This document shows, in pieces, positions 1-9,762 of a stretch of DNA of 64,000 bases. Made by a program: the position numbers and the translations under genes. Below the pieces are notes generated by a model that saw only the letters and a program-made list of their open reading frames with translations, was not told where the DNA came from and made no database searches. The stretch comes from Elusimicrobiota bacterium. Lineage in GTDB: Bacteria > Elusimicrobiota > Elusimicrobia > UBA1565 > UBA9628. Every line of letters starts with the position of its first letter. Position 1 is the first letter of the stretch. The stretch covers positions 32,538 to 96,537 of the forward strand of contig JAGWUP010000009.1 of the NCBI GenBank assembly GCA_028868375.1, written 5' to 3'.

Positions 1-474
1 GGCGCGCGCGATGGCCACCCGCTGGCGCTGCCCGCCGGAAAGCTACTCCGGGTAGCGCTCGAGCTCCCGGCCCAGTCCCACGGACTGCAGCATCGCCGCG
101 CAGCGCCGGCGCTTCTCCTCGGCGCCCAGCGCCGCCTCCAAGTCCAGCGACATCTGCACGTTCTGGAGTGCCGTCAGCGAGCGCAGCAGATTGTGGGCCT
201 GGAAGATGAAGCCTATGCTCCCGCGCGCGCCGACCAACTCGCCCAAGCCGGCGCCGTTGAGCTCGCGGCCCAGCACGCGCACGCTGCCTTTCTCGACGGA
301 GCGCAGGGCCCCGGCCAAGGTCAGCAAGGTGGTCTTTCCGGAGCCGGAGGGGCCGGTCAGGATGACGATCTCCCCGGCCTCGATCTCCAACGAGACCTCC
401 CGCAAGACCTGGCGTCGCAACTCTCCCCGGCCGTAGAAGTAATCGACGCCGGACATCGAGATGACCCGCTCCAC
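1..474 (-). pseudogene. DevA-like ABC transporter ATP-binding protein, runs off window start, interrupted by in-frame TAG at 43-45
   Basis: Walker A GPSGSGKTT and GFIFQAHNLL. After the TAG the frame continues LSGGQRQRVAIARA (ABC signature). Start GTG 474 or ATG 456. Confidence 0.75.
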
Positions 475-476
475 GG

Positions 477-1634
477 CTAGAAGATCTCCGCCGGATCGGC
501 CAGCCTGAGGCGGCGCGTCGCCAGGACGCCGGAGGCCGCGCACATCAGCGCCGTCAGCGCGTAGACCGCCAGCAGCCGGCCGGGCGTCATGCGCAGGGGC
601 AGCAAGGTCGCGCTGGCGGCGACGCCGTAGACGCACTGGGACACGAGCGCTCCCGGCAGGAAGCCCAACAGCGACAGGATCAGGGCCTCCTGAAGGACCA
701 GGAAGAAGAAGTAGCGGTCCGGATAACCCATCGCCTTCAGGGTCGCGTATTCGCGCAGGTGGTCCGACACGTCCGTGTAGAGGATCTGGTAGACGATGAT
801 GCAGCCGACGATAAGGCCCATCAGCACCCCCAGGTTGAAAATGAAGCCTACGGGCGTGTTCTCGACCCAGTAGCTCCTCTCCAGCGCCATGAACTGCTCC
901 CGCGTCAGGACGCGCGCGCCGCGGGCAAGCCGCGCCGCCAGCGCATCCCGAACCTTGCCCGCGTCGACCCCGGGCCGCAGGTCGATGAGGCCCAGGCTGA
1001 TCCTGCCCGTTTTCCAGCCGGGAGCCAGGCGCGCGAAGTTCAGGTCGCCGGTCAGGACGGTTCCATCGACGCCGAAGGAGGTGCCGATCCTAAACAAGCC
1101 GGCGACGCGCACCCGCCGCCCCTCGATCTCGGTCGTCGGCGGGCGCCCCGCGCGGAACTCCTCGGCCACCGGCCCGAATTCGGAGCGGCTTCCGGAATCA
1201 AAGAGCACGGCCTCCGGATCGCGCAAGGCCAGCGCGCCCCGATCGATGTCCGGCAGGTCGAAGACCCCGGCTCGCGGCTTAAAGCCCAGCAGCAGGATCA
1301 CCCTGTCCTCGAGCGTGCTCGGATTCTTCCAGGAGACCAACGCCGCGTTCAGGAAGGAGACGGACTCGACTCCGGGAAAGCCCAGGGCCTGATAGAGGCG
1401 ATGCTGATCGAAGGTGCCGGTGGCCAGGACGTACTCATACTCCGGGCTGATCATCACCAAGTCGCAGGTCAGATGGGAATAGAGCAGGGAGGCGCTCTGG
1501 ATCAAGGTCTGCTTGAAGCCGAGCTGGACCAGCATCAACACGACGGCGAAGGCGATGCCGGCGATGGCGGCGGCCAGGCGGCGCTTCTCCCTGGAGAGCT
1601 GCAGCCAGGACAAGAAGACGCGGCCCGTCCTCAC
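477..1634 (-). CDS. devC: DevC-family ABC transporter permease (FtsX/MacB-like)
   Basis: Typical DevC motifs YQILYTDVSDHLREYATLKAMGY and C-terminal ADPAEIF. Confidence 0.85.
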   Translation of the reverse strand: MRTGRVFLSWLQLSREKRRLAAAIAGIAFAVVLMLVQLGFKQTLIQSASLLYSHLTCDLVMISPEYEYVLATGTFDQHRLYQALGFPGVESVSFLNAALVSWKNPSTLEDRVILLLGFKPRAGVFDLPDIDRGALALRDPEAVLFDSGSRSEFGPVAEEFRAGRPPTTEIEGRRVRVAGLFRIGTSFGVDGTVLTGDLNFARLAPGWKTGRISLGLIDLRPGVDAGKVRDALAARLARGARVLTREQFMALERSYWVENTPVGFIFNLGVLMGLIVGCIIVYQILYTDVSDHLREYATLKAMGYPDRYFFFLVLQEALILSLLGFLPGALVSQCVYGVAASATLLPLRMTPGRLLAVYALTALMCAASGVLATRRLRLADPAEIF

Positions 1635-2545
1635 GGATGTATCACCACGTCCACTTTCCCGTTGAGGAGATGCTCCAGGGCGCGCGAGCTGGCCTCGGGC
1701 AGGGAGATGACGACCTTGACGATGCGGGAGTCGGAGAAGGCCTCGGGATCTTCTGGAAGGACCGAGTTCTTGGAGATCTCCAAGCCGATGCGCTGCACGC
1801 GCCCCTCGATCGCGGCGGGCAACAAATCCCCGCTGACGGTGGCGCGCTGGCCCAGGCGCAGCCTGGCGATGTCGGTCTCGTAGACCTCCGCCTTGACGAC
1901 CAGGCGCTCGGTGTCCCCGAAGTCCAGCAGCCCCAAGGGCCCGATCTCCTCGCCCGCCTTGGCGCGTATCTTGAGTATGCGTCCGCTCTCCGGCGCGCGT
2001 ACCGTCGCGGCCTCGGCCTGCGCGCTAGCGCGAGCCACGTCCGCTGAGGCGGCCCGCAGTTGCGAGCGGGCTGTCTCAAGGGCCAGGCGCCTAGCGTCCA
2101 GCTCCGATGAGGAGACGTCATGCGTCTTGTAAAGCGCCTTGTACCGCTTTTCCTCTGCGGCGGCGTTTTCAAGGCGGGCGCGCGCCATGGCCAACCGGGC
2201 CCGGCTTTGCCCCAGCTCAGCCTCCAGCCGCGGGGCGCTCTGCAGGACGGCCAGCGGCTGCCCCTTGCGCACCCAATCCCCCTCGCCGACCAGCAGCTTG
2301 GCGACCAGAGCCGGGCGGCCCTGATCGTACGGCGCCGACACGCGGATGACGCCTCCCTCCGGCTCGATGCGGCCCAGGCAGCCGATCCCCTGGTTCGGCT
2401 GCGCGCCGACCGGCGGCCCTCCCGCCCGGGAATGGAGAAGCCGAGCCGCCAGCGCGGCGAGGAGAAGGCAGCCCGCGGCCGCGGCGGCAAGCGGCAGGCC
2501 ACGCCTGCCCGCAAGCCGGAAGCGGCCGCCGTTTTCTTTTTCCAT
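1631..2545 (-). CDS. DevB/HlyD-family membrane fusion protein
   Basis: LGRIEPEGGVIRVSAP, lipoyl-like V.EGDWV.KGQ.L, coiled coil, AEVYETDI; 4-nt overlap with devC. Confidence 0.85.
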   Translation of the reverse strand: MEKENGGRFRLAGRRGLPLAAAAAGCLLLAALAARLLHSRAGGPPVGAQPNQGIGCLGRIEPEGGVIRVSAPYDQGRPALVAKLLVGEGDWVRKGQPLAVLQSAPRLEAELGQSRARLAMARARLENAAAEEKRYKALYKTHDVSSSELDARRLALETARSQLRAASADVARASAQAEAATVRAPESGRILKIRAKAGEEIGPLGLLDFGDTERLVVKAEVYETDIARLRLGQRATVSGDLLPAAIEGRVQRIGLEISKNSVLPEDPEAFSDSRIVKVVISLPEASSRALEHLLNGKVDVVIHP

Positions 2546-2548
2546 GCG

Positions 2549-3895
2549 CTAGCGCACCATCGAGCGTATCGTGCCCATGGCCAGCCAAAGATCGAGGCGG
2601 GCCTTCTCAAAGGCGAAGAGGGCGTCGGCCCGCCGTTCTTGCGCGCCGGCCAGGCGCGCCTGGGCGTCGACGACGTCGACGTTGTCGGCGACGCCGGCTT
2701 CGTAGCGCCGCCTGGCTTGCTCTAGCTCTTGTCGCGAGAGCTCCAGGCCCTCTTGGGCCACCTCCAACCGCTCTTGGGAGAGTTGTCGGGTTTGCAGGGC
2801 GTCCCTCAACTCCAGTTCAACCTGGTCCTCCAGGTCCTCGGCCCGTATCTCCTCGGTCTTTAACCGCGCCAGGCTCCGCGCGTCGCGGGCCTTCAAGCGG
2901 AAGCCCTCGAAAAGCGGCAGCCTCAGCGCCGCGCCGACGACATGCGTAGCCACCGGGCGCTCCGAGCCGGCCTTGATCGAGCCGTAATCGCCGTAAGCCT
3001 CAAGAGAGGGGAAGTGCTCCCAGCGGGAGGCGGAGTCCAGCAGCCGGGCCTGCCGCAAACGATCCGACTGCTCCCTCAAATCGGCGCGCGCGCCTCTGGC
3101 CTTGGCCAGGACCGCGGAGAAATCCGGCGCTTGGCCCGGCTCTTCCAGGCCCGGGTCGTCGCTTAATTCTAGCTCGGTGCCTAGATCGAGCCGCAAGGCC
3201 CGCAGTAGGAGCAGCCGGTCATGAGCTCCCAGGATGCGCGCTCCCAGCAGGCGCTCCTGGTCGTCGTCCAGACGCGCCTGCGCCCGCACGACGTCCAAGC
3301 GCGTTGCCTTGCCCGCCGATTCCCGGCGCCGGGAAAGCTCCAGCAGTACGCTTCCCCTTTTGACGTCCTCGGCGGCAGTCCCGACGACGGCATCGGCGCG
3401 CAGGGCCTCCAGATAGAGCTCGCCCACCCGCGCGGCCAACACGTCCTCAAGGCGCTCCAGCCGCCCCGCGGCCGCCCCCGTCGCGGCCGCGGCGGCCCGC
3501 GCCTTCTGGAGAGCCCCGATATCCAGCAGGGTCGCCGTGGCCGACAGACGGGCGTCCAGGGTGTTGAAGGAGCCGGAGGAAGCCGGGAAATTGACGCCGG
3601 GAATCGGGGAGGCTGTCAGGCCGGCCGCCTGCAGGCTCAACTCCTGGTTTTGCCCGGACAGGGAGCCGTCCAGACGCGGCAGGAGAAACGAGCGCGACTC
3701 CTCGCTTTGGGCCTCGGCCACGCGCAGGGCTTGCCGCGCCTGGCGGAGCCCGAGATTTCCGGAGGCGGAGAGGGCCATCGCGACGGCTCCTCCGAGGCTG
3801 AGCGTCATCGGCGCGGCGGCGGCCCGCGCGGACTGCGGGACGGCGGCGAGCATCATGAACGCCGCCAGGCTCCGTCGCCCGAGGCTGAGTGGCAT
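2549..3895 (-). CDS. TolC-family outer membrane efflux protein
   Basis: Signal peptide, two OEP repeats, RRYEAGVA...DVVDAQ; first gene of the devBCA-like operon. Confidence 0.85.
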   Translation of the reverse strand: MPLSLGRRSLAAFMMLAAVPQSARAAAAPMTLSLGGAVAMALSASGNLGLRQARQALRVAEAQSEESRSFLLPRLDGSLSGQNQELSLQAAGLTASPIPGVNFPASSGSFNTLDARLSATATLLDIGALQKARAAAAATGAAAGRLERLEDVLAARVGELYLEALRADAVVGTAAEDVKRGSVLLELSRRRESAGKATRLDVVRAQARLDDDQERLLGARILGAHDRLLLLRALRLDLGTELELSDDPGLEEPGQAPDFSAVLAKARGARADLREQSDRLRQARLLDSASRWEHFPSLEAYGDYGSIKAGSERPVATHVVGAALRLPLFEGFRLKARDARSLARLKTEEIRAEDLEDQVELELRDALQTRQLSQERLEVAQEGLELSRQELEQARRRYEAGVADNVDVVDAQARLAGAQERRADALFAFEKARLDLWLAMGTIRSMVR

Positions 3896-4051
3896 CTTGG
3901 GGTGAAAGGTAGCCGCCGTCGCGCAAAAAGTCAAGCATTCCTTGATTTCACCAGAGACCCTCGCATTTGGTAGCATCACTTCAACATGACCTCCAAACCC
4001 AGCGTCGCGCCCGCCGCAAAGAAGCAGGGACGCCTGCGCCGCGGCGTCGGG

Positions 4052-5245
4052 ATGACCAACGAGGAGATGCGCCACGTCGGCGGCCTCTCGGGCATCTTCG
4101 CGCTGCGCCTGCTTGGCCTCTTCCTGGTCCTACCCGTTCTCAGCATCTACGCCTTGGGCCTGCGCGGCGCAACGCCCTTCCTGGCAGGTCTCGCCGTCGG
4201 CTTCTACGGCTTGGCCCAGACCGGCATGCAATTGCCCTTCGGGATGCTCTCCGACCGCTTCGGCCGCAAGCCCGTCATCGTGGCCGGCCTGCTCATCTAC
4301 GTCGTCGGCAGCGTGGTGGCCGCCCTTTCCCACGGCATCTACGGCCTGCTCCTGGGCCGATTCATGCAGGGCATGGGTGCCATCGCCTCGGTGCTTTTGG
4401 CCCTCATCGCAGACCTCACGCGCGAGGAGGTGCGCGGCCGGGCCATGGCCTTCGTCGGCATCTCCATCGGCTTAAGCTTCACCTTGGGCTTCGTCCTGGG
4501 CCCCATCCTCGCGGCGCGCCACGGCGTGCCCTTCTTGTTCTGGATCCTGGCCGGCCTGGACTCCTTCGCCGTCTTCTACCTGCTGACCTTCATTCCCACC
4601 TGCCCTCCCAAGCGCGCCGCCGCCGTCAAGCTCAAGGACCTGGGCGTCGTCCTGGGCGACCGCAACCTCGTCTGCCTCGACGGCGTGATGTTCCTGCTGC
4701 ACCTGGGCCTGACGGCCATCTGGGTCGTGACTCCGGCCATCCTGCTGCAGCACTGGGACCGCCACGACATCTGGCGCGTCTATCTGCCGATGATCCTGCT
4801 GGCCGGCTTCATCATGCTGCCGGCGATGGGCTTCGCCGAGGCCAAGCAGCGGCTGCGCACGCTGCTGGCCGCCGGCCTCCTCCTGGCCGGCGCGGGCTTC
4901 CTCATCCTCGCCCTGGCGCCGGGCCGCCCGCTGGCCGCGGCCGGCGGGCTCATCGTCTACTTCATCGGCTTCAACCTGATGGAGCCCTGCCTGCCCTCCC
5001 TGGTCTCGCGCTTCGCCCCCGAGGACTTGCGCGGCAGCGCCATGGGGCTGTTCAACATGTCCCAGTTCATGGGCGCATTCTGCGGCGGAGCGCTCGGCGG
5101 CTTCGCCCTCGGCCACGGCCGCTACGTCCTCTATTGGATGCTGCTGGCCGCCTGCCTGCCCTGGGCCTGGCTGGCTTCCCGCGTCGAGGCCCCGCCGAGG
5201 CGCAAGCCCGCGCAGGACCTGGAAGCCGACATCGCCGCCGCCTAG
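4052..5245 (+). CDS. MFS transporter (YajR-like)
   Basis: About 12 TM segments, motif A GMLSDRFGRKP; alternative start 3986. Confidence 0.85.
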   Translation: MTNEEMRHVGGLSGIFALRLLGLFLVLPVLSIYALGLRGATPFLAGLAVGFYGLAQTGMQLPFGMLSDRFGRKPVIVAGLLIYVVGSVVAALSHGIYGLLLGRFMQGMGAIASVLLALIADLTREEVRGRAMAFVGISIGLSFTLGFVLGPILAARHGVPFLFWILAGLDSFAVFYLLTFIPTCPPKRAAAVKLKDLGVVLGDRNLVCLDGVMFLLHLGLTAIWVVTPAILLQHWDRHDIWRVYLPMILLAGFIMLPAMGFAEAKQRLRTLLAAGLLLAGAGFLILALAPGRPLAAAGGLIVYFIGFNLMEPCLPSLVSRFAPEDLRGSAMGLFNMSQFMGAFCGGALGGFALGHGRYVLYWMLLAACLPWAWLASRVEAPPRRKPAQDLEADIAAA

Positions 5246-5324
5246 CCGCCTGGCTGTCCGCGCTTCTTGATTTGACCGCGGCAAGCAACGCATAATTCTC
5301 GAAGCGCCGCAAAGGAGGCCAGCC

Positions 5325-5879
5325 ATGCCGAAGGGATTCTTTGCCGGAGTTCTCGCCGCCGTCGCCGCCCTGCTGCTGGGGGCGTATTGCTTCGTGGCCA
5401 TGGGCCTCATGCCGGCCAACGCCGACGGCCGGCCTCCCGCCTTGGAGAAATGGGCCGCCCGCAAGTCGCTGCGCGCGACCATCGCTCGAGAAGCCCCCCA
5501 AGGCGAGGGGCCGCTCAAGCCCACCGAGGAGAACCTGCTGGCCGGGGTGAAAATCTACGCCGCCAACTGCGCCGTCTGCCACGGCGGCTCCGACGGCCGC
5601 GCCTCGAACATCGCCACGGGATTGTACCAGCACGCGCCGCAATTGGCGCGGCACGGCGTCGAGGACGATCCGGCGGGAAACACCTATTGGAAGGTCCGCC
5701 ACGGCATCCGGATGACCGGAATGCCCTCCTTCGGCAAGGCGCTGACCGAGGATCAACTCTGGCAGGTCACGCTGATGCTCAAGCACATGGACGCGCTACC
5801 GGGGCGCGCGAAGAAGGCTTGGCTGGCCCTGCCCAGCCAGGCGGCCGGCAGGGGCCGCGACACTTCCGGCAAGGCGTAA
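5325..5879 (+). CDS. Membrane-anchored monoheme cytochrome c
   Basis: N-terminal TM, CAVCH, HGIRMTGMPSF distal Met; AAGGAGG RBS. Confidence 0.85.
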   Translation: MPKGFFAGVLAAVAALLLGAYCFVAMGLMPANADGRPPALEKWAARKSLRATIAREAPQGEGPLKPTEENLLAGVKIYAANCAVCHGGSDGRASNIATGLYQHAPQLARHGVEDDPAGNTYWKVRHGIRMTGMPSFGKALTEDQLWQVTLMLKHMDALPGRAKKAWLALPSQAAGRGRDTSGKA

Positions 5880-5914
5880 GCGTCTCATCACCAAGAGACT
5901 TTACGGAGGGATTC

Positions 5915-6373
5915 ATGAAATATTGGATGCAAGCCGTTCTCATCGCGGCGCTGGCGCTTTGCCTGACGCCCCGACTGCGGGCGCAGGACGAGGGAGAGGC
6001 AAGCCAGCCCCCGGCGGCCGCAAGCCCCAGCCACAAGGACGACGGGGCGATGCGGCAAGCCTGGCAAGCCGAACGGGAGGCCCTCAAGCCCATGCGCCGC
6101 CAGCTGCGCGACGCGGTTTTAAAGCTCCGCGATCAGCTGCAGGACAACGCCTCCGACCAGGACCTGCTCGCCTCCATGAGCCGGGTCAAGCAGGCGCGCT
6201 CTGCGCTGCAGGAGCAACGGGAGAAATTCCTCGAGGAGCATTTCACCGTCAAGCAGCGCGCCCAGATGATGGTCCGCATGGCTCGGCGCGGTCAGCAAGC
6301 CATGGGCCATGGCCGCCGGATGCGGCAGGGACAGGGACGGCGCCCCATGCGCGCCCCCCAAAACGGCGACTAG
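5915..6373 (+). CDS. Secreted helical protein, Spy/CpxP-like
   Basis: GGAGG RBS, signal peptide, helical repeats, FTVKQRAQ (LTxxQ-like motif). Confidence 0.6.
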   Translation: MKYWMQAVLIAALALCLTPRLRAQDEGEASQPPAAASPSHKDDGAMRQAWQAEREALKPMRRQLRDAVLKLRDQLQDNASDQDLLASMSRVKQARSALQEQREKFLEEHFTVKQRAQMMVRMARRGQQAMGHGRRMRQGQGRRPMRAPQNGD

Positions 6374-7142
6374 CGCCAAAGGGACGCGACTCCTCGGCGT
6401 CGTCATCGGCTCCATTTTGGGGCTCGTTTTGAGCGCCGGGGAAGCGCGCGCCTTCCTGTGGTGGCGGGATTCCGTTCGTAGCCATTGGACGGACAAGCCT
6501 CCCGCGCTCAGCGGCGAGGATGCCGCTTGGTCCGGCGCAGAAGAAATCGAGGAACCCCAGCTCGACGTGCGCGTCCTCAACGACGGCGAGGCCGTTTACG
6601 TGAGGTTGATCGCCGACGGGATGGATGGACGCGCCCTGCTGGCGGGAGCGTATCGTCAAGACGTGACCTTGTGGTTTTTGAATCCCGACGGCAAGGCCAA
6701 GGCCTGGGGCGTCACCATTCCCTTCAGCGCTCTCGGGCCCTCCCCCTCCCCGCTACGTCTCAACGAGGCTCCCCCCGTCCCGGACGTGGAGCCGCAGCCG
6801 GCCTCCGCGGGAACGGACGCAGCCCCCGCGGCGGCCTTGCCGCCGGGCCTGCGGGTGCGATCGGCCCTCTCCGGCAAGACTCCCGTCCTCGAGGCCGCTA
6901 TTGCCTTGCGCAGCCTGAAAATCAAGGACGGCAAGGAGATATTGCTGGACCTGGTCTCATCGCCCGTCAATCCCGACATCCGGCGCCAGCTCCAAGCCCG
7001 TCCGAAGGCTGGCCGCAGGCGCGGCGGCCGCCGCGGCGAAACGGCCGGCCCGGAATCGGAAGTCGATTTGCCCAGCCCCCTGCACTTGCGCTTGTCCATA
7101 CGCCTGGCTGGACGGCCTGAAGCGGCAAAAATGGTACAGTAG
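6309..7142 (+). CDS. Hypothetical exported protein (true start probably near 6416)
   Basis: Open frame with signal-like segment ending AEARA; fits gene packing. Confidence 0.55.
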   Translation: MAAGCGRDRDGAPCAPPKTATSAKGTRLLGVVIGSILGLVLSAGEARAFLWWRDSVRSHWTDKPPALSGEDAAWSGAEEIEEPQLDVRVLNDGEAVYVRLIADGMDGRALLAGAYRQDVTLWFLNPDGKAKAWGVTIPFSALGPSPSPLRLNEAPPVPDVEPQPASAGTDAAPAAALPPGLRVRSALSGKTPVLEAAIALRSLKIKDGKEILLDLVSSPVNPDIRRQLQARPKAGRRRGGRRGETAGPESEVDLPSPLHLRLSIRLAGRPEAAKMVQ

Positions 7143-7161
7143 GTTTTAAAGGAGGAACCAC

Positions 7162-7344
7162 ATGGAAGAGCAGAAAGGAAGCGGAAAGGAGTGCGGACGG
7201 CGTTGCGGCGGCTGCAAGTTCATGGCCGGCATCTTGGTGGGGCTCTTGCTCGCCGCGGCGGCCTTCGGGTTGTTCCTGGCGGGACATTGCTCGGGCTACG
7301 GCCACCGCTACTGCCCGATCACGTCCATGCCCGCGCCGAAGTAG
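7162..7344 (+). CDS. Small Cys-rich single-TM membrane protein
   Basis: Strong AAGGAGG RBS; CGRRCGGC before the TM helix. Confidence 0.65.
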   Translation: MEEQKGSGKECGRRCGGCKFMAGILVGLLLAAAAFGLFLAGHCSGYGHRYCPITSMPAPK

Positions 7345-7351
7345 CGCCGCG

Positions 7352-8167
7352 TTGACGGGACCTCTCCCCACCGGCGACGTCGTCGTCGCCGAGGATTTGA
7401 CGCGCCGCTTCGGCGAGATCCTCGCGGTGGATCGCCTCTCCTTGCGCGTCAAGTCCGGGCAGATCTTCGGCCTGCTCGGGCCCAACGGCGCCGGCAAGAG
7501 CACGACGATCAAGATGCTGACGACCTTGCTGGAGCCATCGGCCGGAACGGCCTCCGTGGCCGGCTTCGACATCCGATCCCAGCCGCGGCGGGTGCGCGGC
7601 CGCATCGGCTACGTTCCGCAGCTGGTGTCGGCCGACGGAGCGTTGACCGCCTATGAGAACCTGAACCTCTCGGCGCGGCTCTATGGAATCTCCTCCCGCC
7701 AGCGAAAGGCCAGGATCGCCGAGGGCCTGGAATTCATGGGCTTAAGCGAGCACGGCGGGCGGCTGGTCAAGACCTTCTCGGGCGGAATGATCCGCCGCCT
7801 GGAACTGGCGCAAGCCCTGCTGCACCGTCCGGACCTCCTCTTCCTGGATGAGCCGACGATCGGGCTCGATCCGATGGCGCGCCGGACCGTCTGGGACAAG
7901 CTCAAGGAGCTGCGGCGCTCCCTGAACCTGACCGTCCTGATCACGACCCACGACATGGAGGAGGCCGACCAGCTCTGCGACGAGCTGGCGATCATGCTCG
8001 ACGGGCGTGTCATGGCCCGCGGCGAGAGCGCGGCGCTGAAGGCCGGGCTTGGGCAGGCTGCGACGCTCAACGACGTCTTCGCCGCGGCCTGCGGCGGCGT
8101 CATCCGCGAGAGCGGAGACTACCGCGGCGTCGGCCAGAGGCGCCGGACGGCCAGTCAACTGGGATGA
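7352..8167 (+). CDS. ABC transporter ATP-binding protein (DrrA-like)
   Basis: GPNGAGKST, FSGGM, LFLDEPT, TTHDMEEA. Confidence 0.9.
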   Translation: MTGPLPTGDVVVAEDLTRRFGEILAVDRLSLRVKSGQIFGLLGPNGAGKSTTIKMLTTLLEPSAGTASVAGFDIRSQPRRVRGRIGYVPQLVSADGALTAYENLNLSARLYGISSRQRKARIAEGLEFMGLSEHGGRLVKTFSGGMIRRLELAQALLHRPDLLFLDEPTIGLDPMARRTVWDKLKELRRSLNLTVLITTHDMEEADQLCDELAIMLDGRVMARGESAALKAGLGQAATLNDVFAAACGGVIRESGDYRGVGQRRRTASQLG

Positions 8168-8940
8168 TCGCGGGGCAATTCCTGGAGCAGGGTTTGGCGA
8201 TCGCCGACGTGGAGGCGCGCAAGGTCCTGCGCGATCCCACCGAGCTCTTCTCCCGCGCCGTGCAGCCGGTCCTCTGGCTCGTGATCTTCGGCCGGGTCTT
8301 CGGCCGGGTGAGGGGCATTCCGACCGGGCATCTCGACTATACGGCCTTCCTGGCGCCGGGCATCTTGGCGCAAAGCATACTCTTCAGCTCGATTTTCTAC
8401 GGCATAGGGGTCATCTGGGAGCGCGACCTGGGCATCGTGCACAAGCTCCTGGTCAGCCCCGCGCACCGCAGCGCGCTGGTGCTGGGCAAGGCCCTGGCGG
8501 CCGGCCTGCGCGGGCTGGCGCAAGCGGTCCTGATCTACGTTTTGGTCTGCCTGATGGGCATCGGGCTGCGCTGGAGCCCCCAAGCCTTGCTGGGCGTCGT
8601 GCTGATGGTCGCGGCGGCCTCCGCGCTGTTTTCGACCTTCTCGCTGATGATCGCCTGCATCGTCAAGACGCGGGAGCGCTTCATGGGCATCGGCCAATTG
8701 TTGACGATGCCCCTCTTTTTCGCCAGCAACGCGATCTATCCTATCGCGCTCATGCCCGGCTGGCTGCGGATCGCGGCCCGGCTCAATCCGCTCACCTACG
8801 TCACCGACGCGCTCCGCGGGCTGATGATCGCCGGAGGAGGCAGCGTCTACGGCTTGAGGTTGGACTTCGCCGTCATCGCCGCGGCGTTCTTGGCTCTGAC
8901 GGCGGCCACGAGTGTCCTCTATCCGACGATCATCCGCTAG
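8164..8940 (+). CDS. ABC-2 type permease (DrrB-like)
   Basis: 6 TM, NPLTYVTDALRGLM; ATGA overlap with the ATPase. Confidence 0.9.
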   Translation: MIAGQFLEQGLAIADVEARKVLRDPTELFSRAVQPVLWLVIFGRVFGRVRGIPTGHLDYTAFLAPGILAQSILFSSIFYGIGVIWERDLGIVHKLLVSPAHRSALVLGKALAAGLRGLAQAVLIYVLVCLMGIGLRWSPQALLGVVLMVAAASALFSTFSLMIACIVKTRERFMGIGQLLTMPLFFASNAIYPIALMPGWLRIAARLNPLTYVTDALRGLMIAGGGSVYGLRLDFAVIAAAFLALTAATSVLYPTIIR

Positions 8941-8950
8941 CAGGACTCCG

Positions 8951-9292
8951 CTAGCGCCGGCGGCGGCTATCCCAGCGCCGCGCCATCTCGTCGAAGCGCT
9001 TCTGCTGCTCGGGTGTCAGCATCGCTCGGATGTCGGAGCGCGTCTGGGCGCGGATGGCCTTGAACTTGGCCGCCGTCTCCTCGCGCAAGGAGCGCAGCCG
9101 CCCCGCGCTGGCCTCCAGGGCGGCCTGCACGGAGAGACGCTGGGGGTCGCTTAAACCCAGCTCCCGCGAGAAGCGCTGCGCCAAGCGCGCGGGATCCGGC
9201 GCGTGGCGGCGGTGGCGCAGCCGCGGCAGGGCCAGCATGGCCGCCGCACCCAGCAAGAATCCGAGCAGGACCGGCAGGATCGATTTTCTCAT
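8951..9292 (-). CDS. Spy/CpxP-like periplasmic protein of the ECF operon
   Basis: Signal/TM, ELGLSDPQ and LTPEQQKRF motifs. Confidence 0.75.
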   Translation of the reverse strand: MRKSILPVLLGFLLGAAAMLALPRLRHRRHAPDPARLAQRFSRELGLSDPQRLSVQAALEASAGRLRSLREETAAKFKAIRAQTRSDIRAMLTPEQQKRFDEMARRWDSRRRR

Positions 9293-9747
9293 CTGGCCGC
9301 CCCCTCCATCAGCGATAAAGCGTCCGTGCGGGATGGAGGCGGACCGGAGAGCCAAGCGAAAAAGCCGGCGCCGTCCGGCTCTGTTAAGAGAAGCGCCACG
9401 GCCGGATCGCGCGGCGACGAGGCGGGCGCGGCCAGCAGGAGCGCTGCGGCCAGCCCCAGGCCGAAAGCGGGAGCCAGCCAGCGCGGCGCAAGCCAAGACC
9501 AGGCGGGCCTTGACTCCGCCTTGGCCTTTACGGCCGCCATCACGCGGCGCGCAAAGGCCGCCGTCTCCGCCTCGTTCGCCGGCGCCTGCGCCCTAAAAAG
9601 CCGGGAAGAAGCCTCCCTCCAAGCCGCCAACTCCTGCCGGCACTCGCCGCAAGCCGCCAGATGGCTCTCGAAGGAACTGCGCCTCTCTAGCGGCAGCTCG
9701 CCGTCGTAGAACTCCCAGAGCGCCTCTTGCGCTTCCTCGTGTTCCAT
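9289..9747 (-). CDS. Zinc-finger (ZAS, zf-HC2) anti-sigma factor
   Basis: HLAACGEC (HxxxCxxC) plus TM, downstream of the ECF sigma factor. Confidence 0.85.
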   Translation of the reverse strand: MEHEEAQEALWEFYDGELPLERRSSFESHLAACGECRQELAAWREASSRLFRAQAPANEAETAAFARRVMAAVKAKAESRPAWSWLAPRWLAPAFGLGLAAALLLAAPASSPRDPAVALLLTEPDGAGFFAWLSGPPPSRTDALSLMEGAAR

Positions 9748-9762
9748 TCCCCCCTCCATCGA

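Noticed and set aside
43..45. Genome-wide TAG recoding (pyrrolysine or Gln)
   Set aside because: TAG correctly terminates many genes here (e.g. MFS, ABC permease, cyc2). Only one in-frame case was seen.
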